DNA from: Eledone cirrhosa
Lineage: Eukaryota
Direction of reading: 5' to 3'
Length of the DNA stretch: 64,000 bases
Assembly: GCA_964016885.1 (NCBI GenBank)
Contig: CAXHJY010000514.1
Location: 186,001-250,000 of the forward strand
In this document: piece after piece, positions 39,915 through 52,403 of the stretch
How the letters are laid out: each line of letters starts with the position of its first letter
Position numbering within the stretch: position 1 is the stretch's first letter
Position numbers and translations under genes: made by a program
Notes under the pieces: generated by a model
Seen by the model: the letters and a program-made list of their open reading frames with translations, nothing else
What the model was told of the DNA's origin: nothing
Database searches by the model: none

Positions 39915-42900
39915 CTCTTTGTTTCGTCCGCGGATGGCTAACATAACCCTATCTCCTCCCGCCCCCCACCACCCCCACCCTCCAAACGCAACCCAAAACT
40001 TCAGAGTTGGTACCATAAATGTAGGCACCCTAAAGGGTCGCGCTAACAAGGTTGTAGAAATGCTTGAACGTAAGGAGGTCGATGTTTGTTGTATTCAAGA
40101 GACCAGGTGGAGGGGTGGGTCTGCTAGATTCATTGAGGGTAAAAAACGATGTTATAAGCTTTTCTGGGTGGGAAACGACGATGGGCTGGGTGAAGTAGGA
40201 ATCATGGTAGCAGAAAAGTGGGCAGATAAGATAATAGACGTAAATAGAGTGAACGACAGAATAGTTAAAATAAGACTTGTCCTCAATAGAACTACGGTGA
40301 CAGTAATATCTGCGTACGCACCCCAATCCGGACTGCCCGGCACTATAAAAGACAGATTCTATGAGACACTGTTGCTAACTACCTCCCAAATATCTGACAG
40401 TGACTATATAATTATTGCAGGCGACCTAAATGGTCACGTTGGACAACATTGTGACGGCTACGACGAAATCCATGGAGGCTATGGGTTTGGTACTAGAAAT
40501 GAGGAAGGCTCCAGAATCCTGGAATACTGTGATGCAAATAACCTAACTATCTGTAACACTAACTTCAAAAAACGTGACAATCACCTGATCACCTATAGAT
40601 CCGGGGAACACACAAGCCAGGTAGATTATATCCTTACCAGAAGACGTGACAGAGTGTCTGTTGTAAACACTAAATCCCTCCCCCATGAAGAATGCACCTC
40701 CCAACATAGACTGATAATTAGCGACCTCATAGTCAGGACGAGACGTACTCGACAGCAGAAGAGGACTATCCTCAGGAGGAAAATATGGAAACTAAAGGAC
40801 CCCACAGCCAGAAATAAATTTCAAAGCATATTACTTGATGCTTTCGACAGTAAGGAAGAGCATCTAGAATCGGACAATATAGAGTGACAGTGGGAATTTC
40901 TGAAAGCAAACCTGCTGTTGGCGACAGACGAAGTCTGTGGCTGGAGCAGGCCTGTAGGCAGGAGGAGAGTAACATGGTGGTGGAACAGTAGGGTGGAGGG
41001 GTCAATTAAGGCCAAAAAGCAGGCTTGGAAAGTATGGCGGGATGGGGGAAGTAGAGTAGACTATCAAGTGGCCAGGAGGGAAGCTAGGAGAGAAGTGTAC
41101 TTAGCAAGAAGGGAAGCTGAGGAAAGAAAGTTCAAGCATGTTCTACAACGCGATGACCAAAAACGTGAGGTGTTCAGGATTGCCAGGCAATGCGTCAAGG
41201 AAAACCGTGATATTGTCGGGGAGAAGTGTGTACTTAACGATGATGGCATACTTGCCATCACCGACACTGATAAGAAGGTAGCTTGGAAGTGTCACTATGA
41301 AAGGCTACTAAATGAGGAGAATAAATGGGAGAAAGACAGTCTCCCCCATATCGACCCGATAGAGGGACCAGCAGTGTTAGTCGAGGGGAGTATAATAAGT
41401 AAGGCAATCAAGGATATGAAGACTGGTAAGGCGGCTGGGCCTTCGGAAATAGTTGCTGAGATGCTGAAGGCATCTGGCACGGTGGGACACACCATGGTCA
41501 CCCGCATAGTTAACCAAGTCGTACAGAATGGGGTTGTTCCGAAGGACTGGCATAGCAGCATCATCGTTAACTGTTATAAGGGTAAAGGAGACGCCCTAGA
41601 TAGGAGTAACTATAGAGGCATTAAATTAATCGACCAGGTCATGAAGGTCACGGAAAAAGTAATAGCGCAACTAATCAGAGAGAGAATTGATCTAGATGAA
41701 ATGCAGTTCGGGTTTGTGTCAGGCAAAAGCACCACAGACGCTCTTTTCATAGTACGACAACTACAGGAGAAGTACCTAGCTAAAGGTAAACCCCTCTACT
41801 TAGCTTTTGTCGACCTGGAGAAAGCCTTCGACAGAGTCCCCCGCTCCATTATCTGGTGGGCTCTTAGAAAACTAGGCGTTGACGAATGGCTTGTGAGGGC
41901 TATACAAGCCATGTATAAAGAAACAGTCAGCAAGGTTAGAATTAACAACGAATATAGTGAAGAGTTTTGCGTAAAAGTTGGCGTCCATCAGGGCTCTGTT
42001 CTCAGCCCCCTACTATTTATTATTGCCCTTCAGGCTATAACAGAGGAGTTCAAGACAGGCTGCCCATGGGAACTCCTATACGCAGACGACCTGACACTCA
42101 TAGCGGAATCAATGGCCGAGCTAGAGAAGAAATTCCAAACATGGAAGCACGGCCTAGAGTCAAAAGGACTTAAAATTAACCTGGCTAAGACCAAAGTTCT
42201 AGTTTGTAGGAAAGAAAACAAGGCGGCGGTCCCTTCTGGGAAATGGTCGTGCTCGGTATGTAGGAAAGGCGTAGGTAGAAACTCCATCTTATGTCCTAAA
42301 TGCAAAGTATGGGTGCATAAAAGATGTAGTGGGATCACAGGTAAGCTAACTAAGAACATAGACTTTACACGTGGCCGGTGTTCTGGTGCAATAAGTAGCA
42401 GCAAGTGCCCACAAATACTAGCTCTTTCAATTGCGCAGAGGGTTCTATAGAAATAGTGGACAGCTTCCGTTACCTGGGCGATAAAATCAGCAGTGGGGGA
42501 GGGTGCTCTGAAAGTACTGTAGCTAGAGTCAGAACTGGTTGGAAAAAGTTCAGAGAGCTTATACCACTATTAGCTGCTAAAGGGTTCTCCCTAAAAATGA
42601 AAGGCAGGTTGTACGATGCCTGCATACGAACAGCAATGTTGCATGGTAGTGAGACCTGGGCATTGTGTGCAGAGGATATACGCAGACTAGAGAGGAACGA
42701 AGCTTGCATGCTCCGCTGGATGTGTAACAGTAATATACGTGTACGGCAAAGCATAAACGAACTAAGGAAAAAATTAGAGATAAGAGGGATCAGATGTTGT
42801 TTACTCGAGAGAAGGCTGCGTTGGTATGGACACGTGATGCGCATGAAAGTCGATAGCTGTATTACAAAGTGCAGGGCAATAAAGATAGACGGTAGCCACG

Positions 42901-43408
42901 GAATAGGCAGACCTAGAAAATCATGGGATGAGCTGATAAACTCCGACCTCACACACTTATACCTCTCCAAGACAATGTCACTGGACCGTGACCTTTGGCG
43001 GTACTCAGTAACAGAGAAGACCCGCCTTGCCAGTAGGCATCTCTAACAAAATACACCCCGTCCCGCCACCACCCCCACCCCATCCACACCACCCCGTTCT
43101 ATGTAAAGTTATGTTGGTGCCGCGCCATCCAGGCCGAAACAAATGAGATCGTGTAGGTGTCACGACAAAAAAACACACAGTCCACGCTGTAATGTGGCCG
43201 TGTAGGCAACACGGTAAAAACCTCCCAGACCCACACTGTAAATGTGGTTGGTGTTAGGAAGGGCATCCAACTGTAGAAAACCTGCCAGACAGTCCTATGC
43301 GAGCAAGACAATCACTCTTGCCTCAAGTGGGACTACCCCCGTCCAAACCCATGCAAGCGTGGAACACGGACGTTAAACGTTGATGATGATGATGATGATG
43401 ATGATGAT
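39915..43408 (+). mobile_element. Near full-length RTE-clade LINE
   Basis: Single APE-RT ORF and a 3'UTR ending ggacgttaaacgtt(gat)n, inserted in TA-rich microsatellite. Confidence 0.95.
39934..43046 (+). pseudogene. RTE ORF (APE + RT + Cys/His finger); one stop (40885-87) and one frameshift (~42410)
   Basis: TINVGTL, IQETRW, SAYAPQ, GDLNGH, SQVDY; NYRGIKL, DLEKAFD, GVHQGSVLSP, LYADD; CSVC...CPKC...HKRC. Confidence 0.93.
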
Positions 43409-43653
43409 ATATATATATATATATATGTATATGTATATATATTTATTGTTATACTTTGGGAGGGTCATGTTGCCAATAACAAATTGAGAAACGAAATATA
43501 TATATATATATATATATGTACGTATATGTATATATATATATGTATATGTATATATTTATATGTATATGTATATATATGCGTATATGTATATATATATGTA
43601 TATGCAGTGGCGTAGCTAGGGTAAATGGCGCCCAGGGCAAGTATATGTAGATA

Positions 43654-43735
<82 letters not shown>

Positions 43736-44039
43736 TATATATTTGTATATGTATATATATATATATATATGTATGTATATATATATATATATATATGTGT
43801 GTTTATATATATATATATGTATGTGCGTTTATATATATATATATATATATATGTGTATATATATATATGTGTGTGTTTATATATATATATGTGTATATAT
43901 ATATGTGTGTGTTTATATACATATATATATATATATATGCGTATATAAATATATCATCATCATCATCATTTCACGTCCGCTTTTCCCTGCTTGCATTGGT
44001 GGGATATATATATATGTGTGCGTATATAAATATATATAT

Positions 44040-44798
44040 GGAGGCACATGGCTTAGTGGTTAGAGCATTGGCCTTGCAATCTAAAGATTGTGAGTTCAAT
44101 TCTCAGGTGAGTTCAATTCTCAGGTGATTTGTTGTGTCCTTGAGCAAGAAACTTTATTTCACATTGCTCCAGTTTACTCAGTTGTTTACTCGAGAGAAGA
44201 CTACGTTGGTATGGTCACGTGATGCGCATGAAAGACGACAGCTGTATAAAAAAAGTGCAGGGCGATAAAAATAGACGGTAGCCACGTGTAGGCAGACCCA
44301 GAAAAACCTGGGACGACTTGATAAATTCCGACCTCACGCACTTACCACTCTCCAAGACAATGTCACTGGACCGAGATCTTTGGCGCTACACAGTAATACA
44401 GAAGACACGCTTTGCCTAAGGACAAACCGAAACCTACAGTCAGTAGGCATCGCTAACAAAAATACACCTCTGTCCCACTACCCCCACCCCATCCAAACCA
44501 CCCCCTTCAATGTGAAGTTATGTTGGTACCACAACATCCAGTCCGAAACAAATCAGGTCGTGTAGGTGTCACGACAAAAAACACACAGTCCACGCTGTAA
44601 TGTGGCCGTGTAGGTAACACGGTAAAAACCTCCCAGTCCACACTGTAAACGCGGTTGGTGTTAGGAAGGGCATCCAGTCGTAGAAAACCCGCCAGACAGT
44701 CCTATACGAGCAGGAAAACCAATCTTTCCTCAAGTGGGAAAACTCCCGTCCAAACCCATGAAAGCGTGGAAGATGGACGTTAAACGATGATGATGATG

Positions 44799-44800
<2 letters not shown>
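44040..44800 (+). mobile_element. CORE-SINE 5' half joined to a 5'-truncated RTE 3' end
   Basis: tRNA head (tggcttagtgg, gagttcaattc) and CORE run to ~44181, followed by [15 protein letters not shown]... and an RTE 3'UTR with (GAT)n. Confidence 0.85.
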
Positions 44801-44831
<31 letters not shown>

Positions 44832-44884
44832 CTTATATATATATATATGTGTGTGTGTGCGTATATATGTATTTACTCTTTTAC

Positions 44885-45975
44885 TCTCTGGATGTGTGCA
44901 AGTGGTGAGATGGAGAGGTGCCCCCGCATGACTAATCGCAGGCAAACATTGTAGTTATAAGCTTTTCTGCGTGGGTAATGATGATGGGTTAGGTGGGGTG
45001 GGCACATTACTGGCTGAGAGATTGATCAATATGACAATAGAGGTAGTTAGAGTTAGCAATAGAATAAATAAGCTTAGATTAGTTGAAGACTACACACTAC
45101 TGACACTCATCTGTGCCTATGCTCCCCAGGCAGGCCTGGGTAAAGAAGAGACAGACTGCTTTAATGAGCAACTTTTACAAACAGTCTCAATGACAGAGGA
45201 CAGAGACATCGTTATGCTAACGGATATGTTGGACTGCTCCAGTATGGATACACTGGAGTACATGGAAGGCACAGTTACGGCTCAAGAAATGAAGGAGTGA
45301 GGCTTCTTGAATTTTGGGATGCAAATGCACTAACCATTTACAACACTAACACTCAGAAGCCTACCAACCATCTAATAACCTACAAATCAGGCGAGCACAT
45401 AATCTAGATTGACTTCCTGCTAGTTAGACACCGAGACAGACAGATGGTGTCTAATACTAAGGCATGCCCCGGGGAAGAATTGTACCCCGCACCATAGGTT
45501 ATTCGTTAGTGACATCACAGTATGCAAGGGAAAGAATGAGACATACAGGAAGATGCGGAAAAGAAAGGTCTGGAAGCTAAAATACCTTTCATTAAAATAT
45601 AAATTTAGCAAAGCCCTTCAAGATGTGTATGACGAAAAGGAAGACGATTTAGAATTGTATGACATAGATGATAACTGGAATTTGCGTGACAACTTACTGC
45701 AGGCTACTGAAGAAACTTACGGTTGGGGCAGAAATTCAACCAGACAGAGAGTGACTCGGTGGTGGAACAGCACGGGAGATAGGGCCATTAGAGACGAAAT
45801 ACTGGCATGGAAGGCTTGGAAAATCGGTGGGAGTAGAGAAGGATGCACAGTCACTAAGAGAGAAGCTAGACGTCAGGTGTACTTAGCACGCAGGGAGGCT
45901 GAGAGTAGGAGGTTTGCCAATGTTCTGCGATGGGAAGAACAGAGACGTGCGGCATTCCGCATTGCAAGGTAGTGT
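44885..45975 (+). mobile_element. Degraded RTE APE-domain fragment
   Basis: GNDDGLGGVG, ICAYAPQAG, RKVWKLK and RVTRWWN. Confidence 0.85.
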
Positions 45976-46389
45976 GTCAGTACACATACTCACACACATA
46001 ACATTTTTATAGTCACTCTTTTTATTATAACCTGAGATGGATGATAATTGTTTCTAGTAAGTGGGGTACGCAATTCTATGACTAGATGCTCTTTTATGTG
46101 GTACACATATTGGTACTTAGTGGAAAAGTTATATGTGCCCAATGCAATGACAAAAAAAGTTATATTTATTTTAAGAAAGCATATCATCTAATCTTATTTT
46201 CAAGTTTCAAACTACAGTGGAAGATGTCTAGAAGAATTTCTCAAATCATTGTAATAGATTTAACAATAACATAATGACAGCACAACTACTGCAATTGGTG
46301 GAAAGAGAAGCAGGAAAAGTAGGATTGCACTTCCGTTTTCTTTGTTTTTAGGTATGGTGTTCCATTGTAGTCCACTTGCCGTAACATCT

Positions 46390-46965
46390 AAAACAAGAGT
46401 TAATATCAAGGAAGTGGACAACTTCAAATATCTCAGTGCTTGAACATTAAGCCATGAAACAGATTTTCAGAAGAGAAAGGTGCTTGCTTGGTCTGTGTGC
46501 CAGAAGTTGAAGAGGATATGGACATCACGGATGAGCAGAAAGCTTAAAAAAAAACATTTTTATTGCAACAGTGGAGTCTGTTCTCCTTTATGAATAAGGG
46601 CATGGAGCATAACAAAACAACTAGAAAAGAGAATTGATTGCTTCTATACAAGAATATTGCATATGCCACTTAATGTGTCATGGAAACAGAAAAATTCATC
46701 ACCATCTTCCACCAGTAACAGAAAAAGAAAATGCAGGGAAGAATGAAAATTGCTTGTCATGATGAGGAGATATCTAGTGATCTTGTTCAATGGCAAACAT
46801 CAGATGGTTACACAAAAAGGGGTAGAAGGAAATAAATTATATTGATAACCTGCTGGAAGACACTGGAGTAGATCGTGTAGGAGAGTTCAGAATGCAGATA
46901 ATTGATAGAAAACTTTGGAATGCTTATGTAAAAGCATATTGCAATTGGCATAGATAGACAGATAG
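46390..46965 (+). mobile_element. Old RTE-clade 3' fragment (different family)
   Basis: IKEVDNFKYL, AWSVCQKLKRIW, ATVESVLLY and YIDNLLEDTG, with a (TAGA)n-like tail. Confidence 0.75.
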
Positions 46966-47627
46966 ATTCTATTGTATATCCTTCAATATTAAAAACCTGC
47001 TGGGTGTTACTGGATTAGTGTAAGAAAGCTCTGAATGCAGATGGTGGATAGAAAACTTTAGAATGCATATGTAAAGTTATATGGCAGTTGTCATAGATAT
47101 ATAGATAGTCTATAATAGTTCCTTCAATATTAAATATACCTTGTTTGAATACAGAAATATATTTAAAAGAGAAAAGAAAACTAGGCATTGTCTGAATACA
47201 TGTAGTAAGTATAACTAGAGAAAGACAAGACAACGGAGCATCAGTAGAATATGTTCAATGATGATTAAATTAAAACAGTTCAAAGCAGATAAATTTTCAG
47301 TAAAACAAGTATAATTTTATAACAGTAATAAATTGAATGAAGTTGATTTTAGAATTCAAAGCAATAAATTAGAGATTTTTGTTTCTGCAGATCATCGTGA
47401 CCTCTAAATGTCAACCTATGAACACCTGAGGGCAATGTAGATATCATTAATGTAGTATTTAAATGAGTTGTGCTTACTGTTTCTTATTAAAAGAATGTGC
47501 ATCTCAATATATGTTAATAACTCTGTTATGAAGTGAGCTGTTTTTCTTTTGCTCTAGGTCAGTTCTGATTGAGGAACAGATCTATAATTAAAGACCTTTC
47601 AGCTGTGATTTTTCTGTCTTTTTAAGT

Positions 47628-47895
47628 TTATGTCGAGGTAGCAAATATTTTGGATAACATTAAGATGGCGAATTTTGGGAATTACACTGTGGTGGAAAAA
47701 ATATTACGATTACATTAAGGAGGAAAAGTTTTCAGATTACATTCAAGTGTCACATTTTTAGGATTACATTGAGGGGCAAATTTTTAGGATTATATTGAGG
47801 TGGCAAGTTTTTGGGGTTACATAGAGGGAGCAAATATTTCAGATCACATAAAGTGGAAAAGTTTTTAGATTAAATTGAAGTGGCAAATTTTCAGT
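47628..47895. repeat. Degenerate ~27-bp minisatellite, ~10 units
   Basis: Consensus approximately GATTACATTGAGGTGGCAAATTTTTAG. Confidence 0.8.
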
Positions 47896-49005
47896 AATTA
47901 GCATATTGAATTAAATGTAATGTAGCATTGTTTTGGCTCACTGTGCTCTCAGTTCAAGTCCTACCAAGGTTATTGTTGCCTTTTACTTTTTTAAGACTGA
48001 TAAATGAAGTACCAGGCTAGTGTGATAGATTGACAGAATTCTAAGAGCATTGAAAAAGATGCTTTGTGGTATTTGATTTGGCCTGTGACAGCTCTGAGGA
48101 AAAGATGTATTGATCATTGCCTTCCCTGACACAAAATCAGTGTCCTGGCTCAGGAAATCTTGTGTGCATAGATAGCGGCTAGTCTTCTAAATAAATATGT
48201 ATTCTTGCTGCTACCTTGAGGGAAGGACTCGCTCAGCATAGATCTACAGTCTAATGAAACAAAGGTGGCCCTATTATTTAGTATTTCATTCCCTCTTTTA
48301 AGACAGTGTGGTGGGAGAGGATTTGAGAGAAATGTGGCTGTGATTTCTAGTAGGTCACTTGTCTCACTAGATGCTCCCCTATGGGCTCATGATGAAATCA
48401 TTAGAAATTGATGACACCTTAATTTAACAAAAGCATATTTGCATGAATCCACACCAACTACAAAGTTTCATAGTGAAGTTGGTGATGCAAGAGAGATTTG
48501 AACTCAGAACCTTAACAGACAAAACTTCCATAGCAAACTGCACTTCCATAGCAGCATTTAATATTGAACTCTACGTTTTCTTTATCATCTGCCACTAATA
48601 TAACATTCGCTATAATAGTGATCTTGGTAATAATGGTAATGGCTTGTAATGGTAATTCTACTAATACAATGTAATAACTGATTAAGTTAAGTTAATTAGA
48701 GACTAGTAATGAGGCAATACGAATTGATATAATAGTTTTAAATAAGAGGAAACAAATGTGTCTTTTCCTTTTGTAATGTTGCTTCCATTTATCCATATAC
48801 ATATATAAGCTTATATGTATATATACATAGACATATATATATAAATATTACTACTTCTATATATATATATATATTTACATTTAGGTTTGTGGTTCACCAA
48901 GTCTTCAAAGCGGCCGACCGAACTAGAAACTGTTAAATGTGTGGCCGCCTTCTTGTCTCTCTGCCTTTTCAGACACATGAATTATATTCCTTTGTTAAAT
49001 TTCGA

Positions 49006-49063
49006 ATACCTGATGATGTCACCGGATTCATACTGAACCCGGTCGTTGAACTGTACATAGTAT
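49006..49063 (+). ncRNA. Degenerate hammerhead
   Basis: ATAC-CTGATGA-TGTCACCGG...CCGGTCGTT-GAAC-TGTACA-TA-GTAT, followed by AATAAA. Confidence 0.55.
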
Positions 49064-49125
49064 AATAAACCTTTAAGGAATTACACCAGTCCAGCCTCCT
49101 GTATATATATATTATATATATATAA

Positions 49126-49518
49126 TCATCATCATAATCAGCACCATTTTACGTCCGTTTTTCCATGGTAGCATGGGTTAGACGGATTGTCCTGTTGTGG
49201 GCAGTGTCCGGTCGGCTGACCTTGACATGCTCATACGGTAACTGATTCTGGATCGATTTCTACAGCTGGATGCCCTTCCTAAAACCAACCTCATTTACAG
49301 TGAGTGCCGGGGGCTTTTTTTCCGTTGCGCCTACACGTCCACTTTACAGTGGAATGATAGGGAGCCCAATCCTATCATCTCATTTCTACAGCTGAGTAAA
49401 CTGGAGCAATGTGAAATAAAGTGTCTTGCTCAAGGAAACAACACATCACCCGGTCCGAGACTTGAACCCACAACGTTTCGATTGCAAGCCCAATGCTCTA
49501 ACCACTAAGCAATGCACG
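49126..49518 (-). mobile_element. Full-length CORE tRNA-SINE with RTE-type tail
   Basis: Head ttgcttagtggttagagcattgggcttgcaatc...gggttcaagtc, CORE, aggaagggcatccagctgtag, and tail cccatgctaccatggaaaaacggacgtaaaa. Confidence 0.9.
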
Positions 49519-49587
<69 letters not shown>

Positions 49588-49861
49588 CATATACGGATAA
49601 AATGAAACGAAATTTCATTTCTCACTCTTGGTACGGCTGTTACTTAAATATAAGTATGTATACGAACATACATATATGTATACAGACGTACAGTAGTATG
49701 TATATATATATATACATACATGCACATATATATATATATGTACGTATGGATTCACCGAACATTTATTATAATGCTCGGTGTGTTTGTAAACAAACATCCC
49801 GAATTAAGCCGTACAGTGTCTAGCAAACATCGTTTCTCATTTGTTGAACACTGACAAAGGA

Positions 49862-49904
49862 ACGCTGTACTAGTTTCAAGCGTATTAGCTATCGTCAGCA
49901 ACGT
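49862..49904 (-). ncRNA. Hammerhead ribozyme (family A), intact core
   Basis: ACGTTG-CTGACGA-TAGCTAATACGCTT-GAAA-CTAG-TA-CAGCGT. Confidence 0.85.
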
Positions 49905-50070
49905 ATACCTTCCTGCCAGATGATTGAACGTCTGAATGTATATACTTTCCTTATGCATATTAACGGCTGAGCAGCCTAATTTGCATATCGAGTGAGTTAA
50001 CCGGCCGGGACCACCGAAAACGATAAATGGAAAAAATGAAACGAAGTTCAATCATCTGGCAGGAAGGTAT

Positions 50071-50113
50071 ACGTTGCTGACGATAGCTAATAAGCTTGAA
50101 ACTAGTACAGCGT
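50071..50113 (+). ncRNA. Hammerhead ribozyme (family A), intact core
   Basis: ACGTTG-CTGACGA-T-AGCT(AATA)AGCT-T-GAAA-CTAG-TA-CAGCGT. Confidence 0.88.
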
Positions 50114-50464
50114 TCCTTTGTCAGCGTTGAACAAATGAGCAACGATGGTTGCTAGACAATGTACGGCTTAAATCGGGATGTTTGTTTACAAACACAACGA
50201 TTGTTATAATAAATGTTCGGTGAATCCATACGTACATATATATATGTGTGCATGTATGTATATATATATATATACATACCACTGTACGTCTGTATACATA
50301 TATGTATGTACGTATACATACTTATATTTAAGTAACAGCCGTACTAAGAGTGAGAAATGTAATTTCGTTTCATTTTTTCCGTTTACGGATGGCTTCCAAA
50401 AATAATGGTTGCATTTTAATAGGGTACGTCAAAGCTTATTTGTAAAACTGTTATATATTGTATT

Positions 50465-50518
50465 TTGTCTGATGAAGGCATACCATAATTTAATTTGGTA
50501 TCCCTTAAATATGTATAA
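50465..50518 (+). ncRNA. Degenerate hammerhead
   Basis: TTGT-CTGATGA-AGGCATACCA(10 nt)TGGTATCCCT-TAAA-TATGT-ATAA; G12 is lost. AATAAA follows. Confidence 0.5.
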
Positions 50519-50579
50519 TGAAATAAATATGGTTTTATAAATATAGTTTCCATTTATTAATATCGTATATATATATAAT

Positions 50580-51120
50580 ATTAGGGATACTATTTATGGT
50601 TATGTATATATTAAAACGTTTTATAGTTATGTATATTTTAAACCCTAAACAGTGAAGGTCAGTAATTTATTACTACCGTGTTACCAGTAAGATAAATAGC
50701 TCAATGTAATAAAAGCAGTTGTTCTACAGAGCAGTTATATAGAATTCAACAAGAATAAAAGCTATGTTCAAAGCATTTATTTATTCACAATCAAAATCAC
50801 AATCAAAATCAAAATCAAAATTTAAAACAAATCAAAATTAAAATACATTCGGCAGATAACACAGATAATGCAAGAGGATAGTTTGATAGTCAGGTCTAGT
50901 AGGTAGTGTATGCGTTAGTTACACGTGGAACATGCAAGTGTGTCTCATTTGTATACTATTATTGTGTGGCAGGGTGTTACACGTAATGCAAGTGGGTAAG
51001 GAGGTTAATTATGTGTACAAACATTGAAAAATGCTCCGAAGACTCCAAGCCTAGGTTTGGATGAAACAATTGTAAGTGAATAAATGCTTTGTACATAGCT
51101 TTGATTCTTGGTAATTCTCT
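50580..51120. mobile_element. Non-coding pLTR-like element, family B, inverted arrangement
   Basis: 50580-50788 aligns with 60051-60260, and 50830-50990 with 60480-60620. 50745-50788 is the reverse complement of 51076-51120. Confidence 0.75.
51032..51078 (+). ncRNA. Hammerhead (family B), CCGAAGA core
   Basis: TGCT-CCGAAGA-C-TCCAAGC(CTAG)GTTTGGA-T-GAAA-CAATTG-TA-AGTG. Confidence 0.7.
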
Positions 51121-51216
51121 CTCTCTATATATATATTATATATATATATATATTTGTATATTATTTATATATATATTATATATATATTTATATATATTAT
51201 ATATATATATATATAT

Positions 51217-51248
<32 letters not shown>

Positions 51249-51256
51249 ATATATAT

Positions 51257-51289
<33 letters not shown>

Positions 51290-51344
51290 GTATATATATA
51301 TATATATATAATATATATAAATATATATATAATATATATATATT

Positions 51345-51377
<33 letters not shown>

Positions 51378-51404
51378 TAAATATATATATAATATATATA
51401 TATT

Positions 51405-51459
<55 letters not shown>

Positions 51460-51642
51460 ATTATATATATTATATATATATATATATATTATATAATTTA
51501 TATATATATTATATATATTATATATATATATATATTATATAATTTATATATATATATATATATTATATAATTTATATATATATATAATATATTATATATA
51601 TTATATATATATATATATATATTATATATATTATATATATAT

Positions 51643-52162
51643 GTGTTTTAAAACCTTATTTATACCAATCTTAAATTCAAAATCTCCGTTTATCTCTATG
51701 ATTTTAAATTACTATTTTCATGTTTTTAATATATCTCAATCTGTTGGAAGGACCTTTTCCTAAAAACTAAACTTCCCCTTCTAGTATTGTTATTAACTAA
51801 TTATTCTAGAACCTTCTTGCATCTCGCTCGCAACCTTTGTAAACACTTTGCTCTTCTTTCACCCCCCCCCCCTCCCCGCCTGATCGCCTGATCGCAAGTA
51901 TAAAATAATTATTGCTGGCTTCCAACGACAGAATTTATATTTCTAATCTATTTTAAAAACGATCTGTCGATTTTGAGAATGTAAGCAAAACCTGTCTTCT
52001 CTTCATTTGCGTAGTCTTCTCATTTAAGCAGTGTTTTAAAATCTTATTTATACCACTCTAAAATTCAAATTCTCCATTTATCTCTCTGATTTTAAATTAC
52101 TATTTTCATGTTTTTAATATGTCTCAATCTGTTGGACCTTTCCTAAACACTAAACTACTCCT
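51643..52162. repeat. ~135-bp direct repeats, period 388 bp
   Basis: gtgttttaaaaccttatttatacc...aaactaaact occurs at 51643-51779 and again at 52031-52162. Confidence 0.85.
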
Positions 52163-52403
52163 AAAGTCACCCATTTCCCGCTCTTCCACCCCCATTGCTA
52201 TATGGTCCAATCATAACTCAGCGGCTTTAGTAAGTTCTCTAACAAATCACTATAGCAAAGTTATCACCCCGGTTACTACTCCTTAAGTTTAGACCTGTTT
52301 GATGGGTCGACTTCGGATATTTGAAAAGTCTAAGCACTCAATGACAATGTCACAGATAAAGATATATTCACCTCCCGCTGCAAGACGAGAATACAAGGAC
52401 CCC

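Larger units (their letters stand above)
49593..50385. mobile_element. Retrozyme-like family A: full - copy plus partial + copy (fold-back)
   Basis: Minus unit 49593-50045 (atgaaacgaa at both ends) is joined to plus copy 50046-50385. The arms are imperfect reverse complements. Confidence 0.85.

Noticed and set aside
39769-39933. N-terminal extension of the 372-aa ORF
   Set aside because: This is microsatellite read-through. The homologous ATG shared with the second RTE copy is at 39934.
43605-43640. cagtggcgtagctagg, a hAT-like transposon end
   Set aside because: It is only ~35 bp with no partner end in the window.
44040-44105. tRNA gene (also 49455-49518 and 59270-59340)
   Set aside because: These are tRNA-derived SINE heads continuing into CORE, with no proper acceptor stem.
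47391-47430. Acceptor-like ttttgtttctgcag| possibly continuing the 18.2-kb exon (also a possible exon at ~1310)
   Set aside because: It would give only a ~22-aa peptide, has no clear donor, and such motifs are common in AT-rich DNA.
47628-47895. CRISPR array
   Set aside because: The units are contiguous and degenerate with no spacers, there are no cas genes, and the context is eukaryotic.
49593-50385. MITE or foldback DNA transposon interpretation of the long inverted repeats
   Set aside because: Arm lengths and junctions differ at each locus, the units are terminally redundant, and they contain hammerheads.
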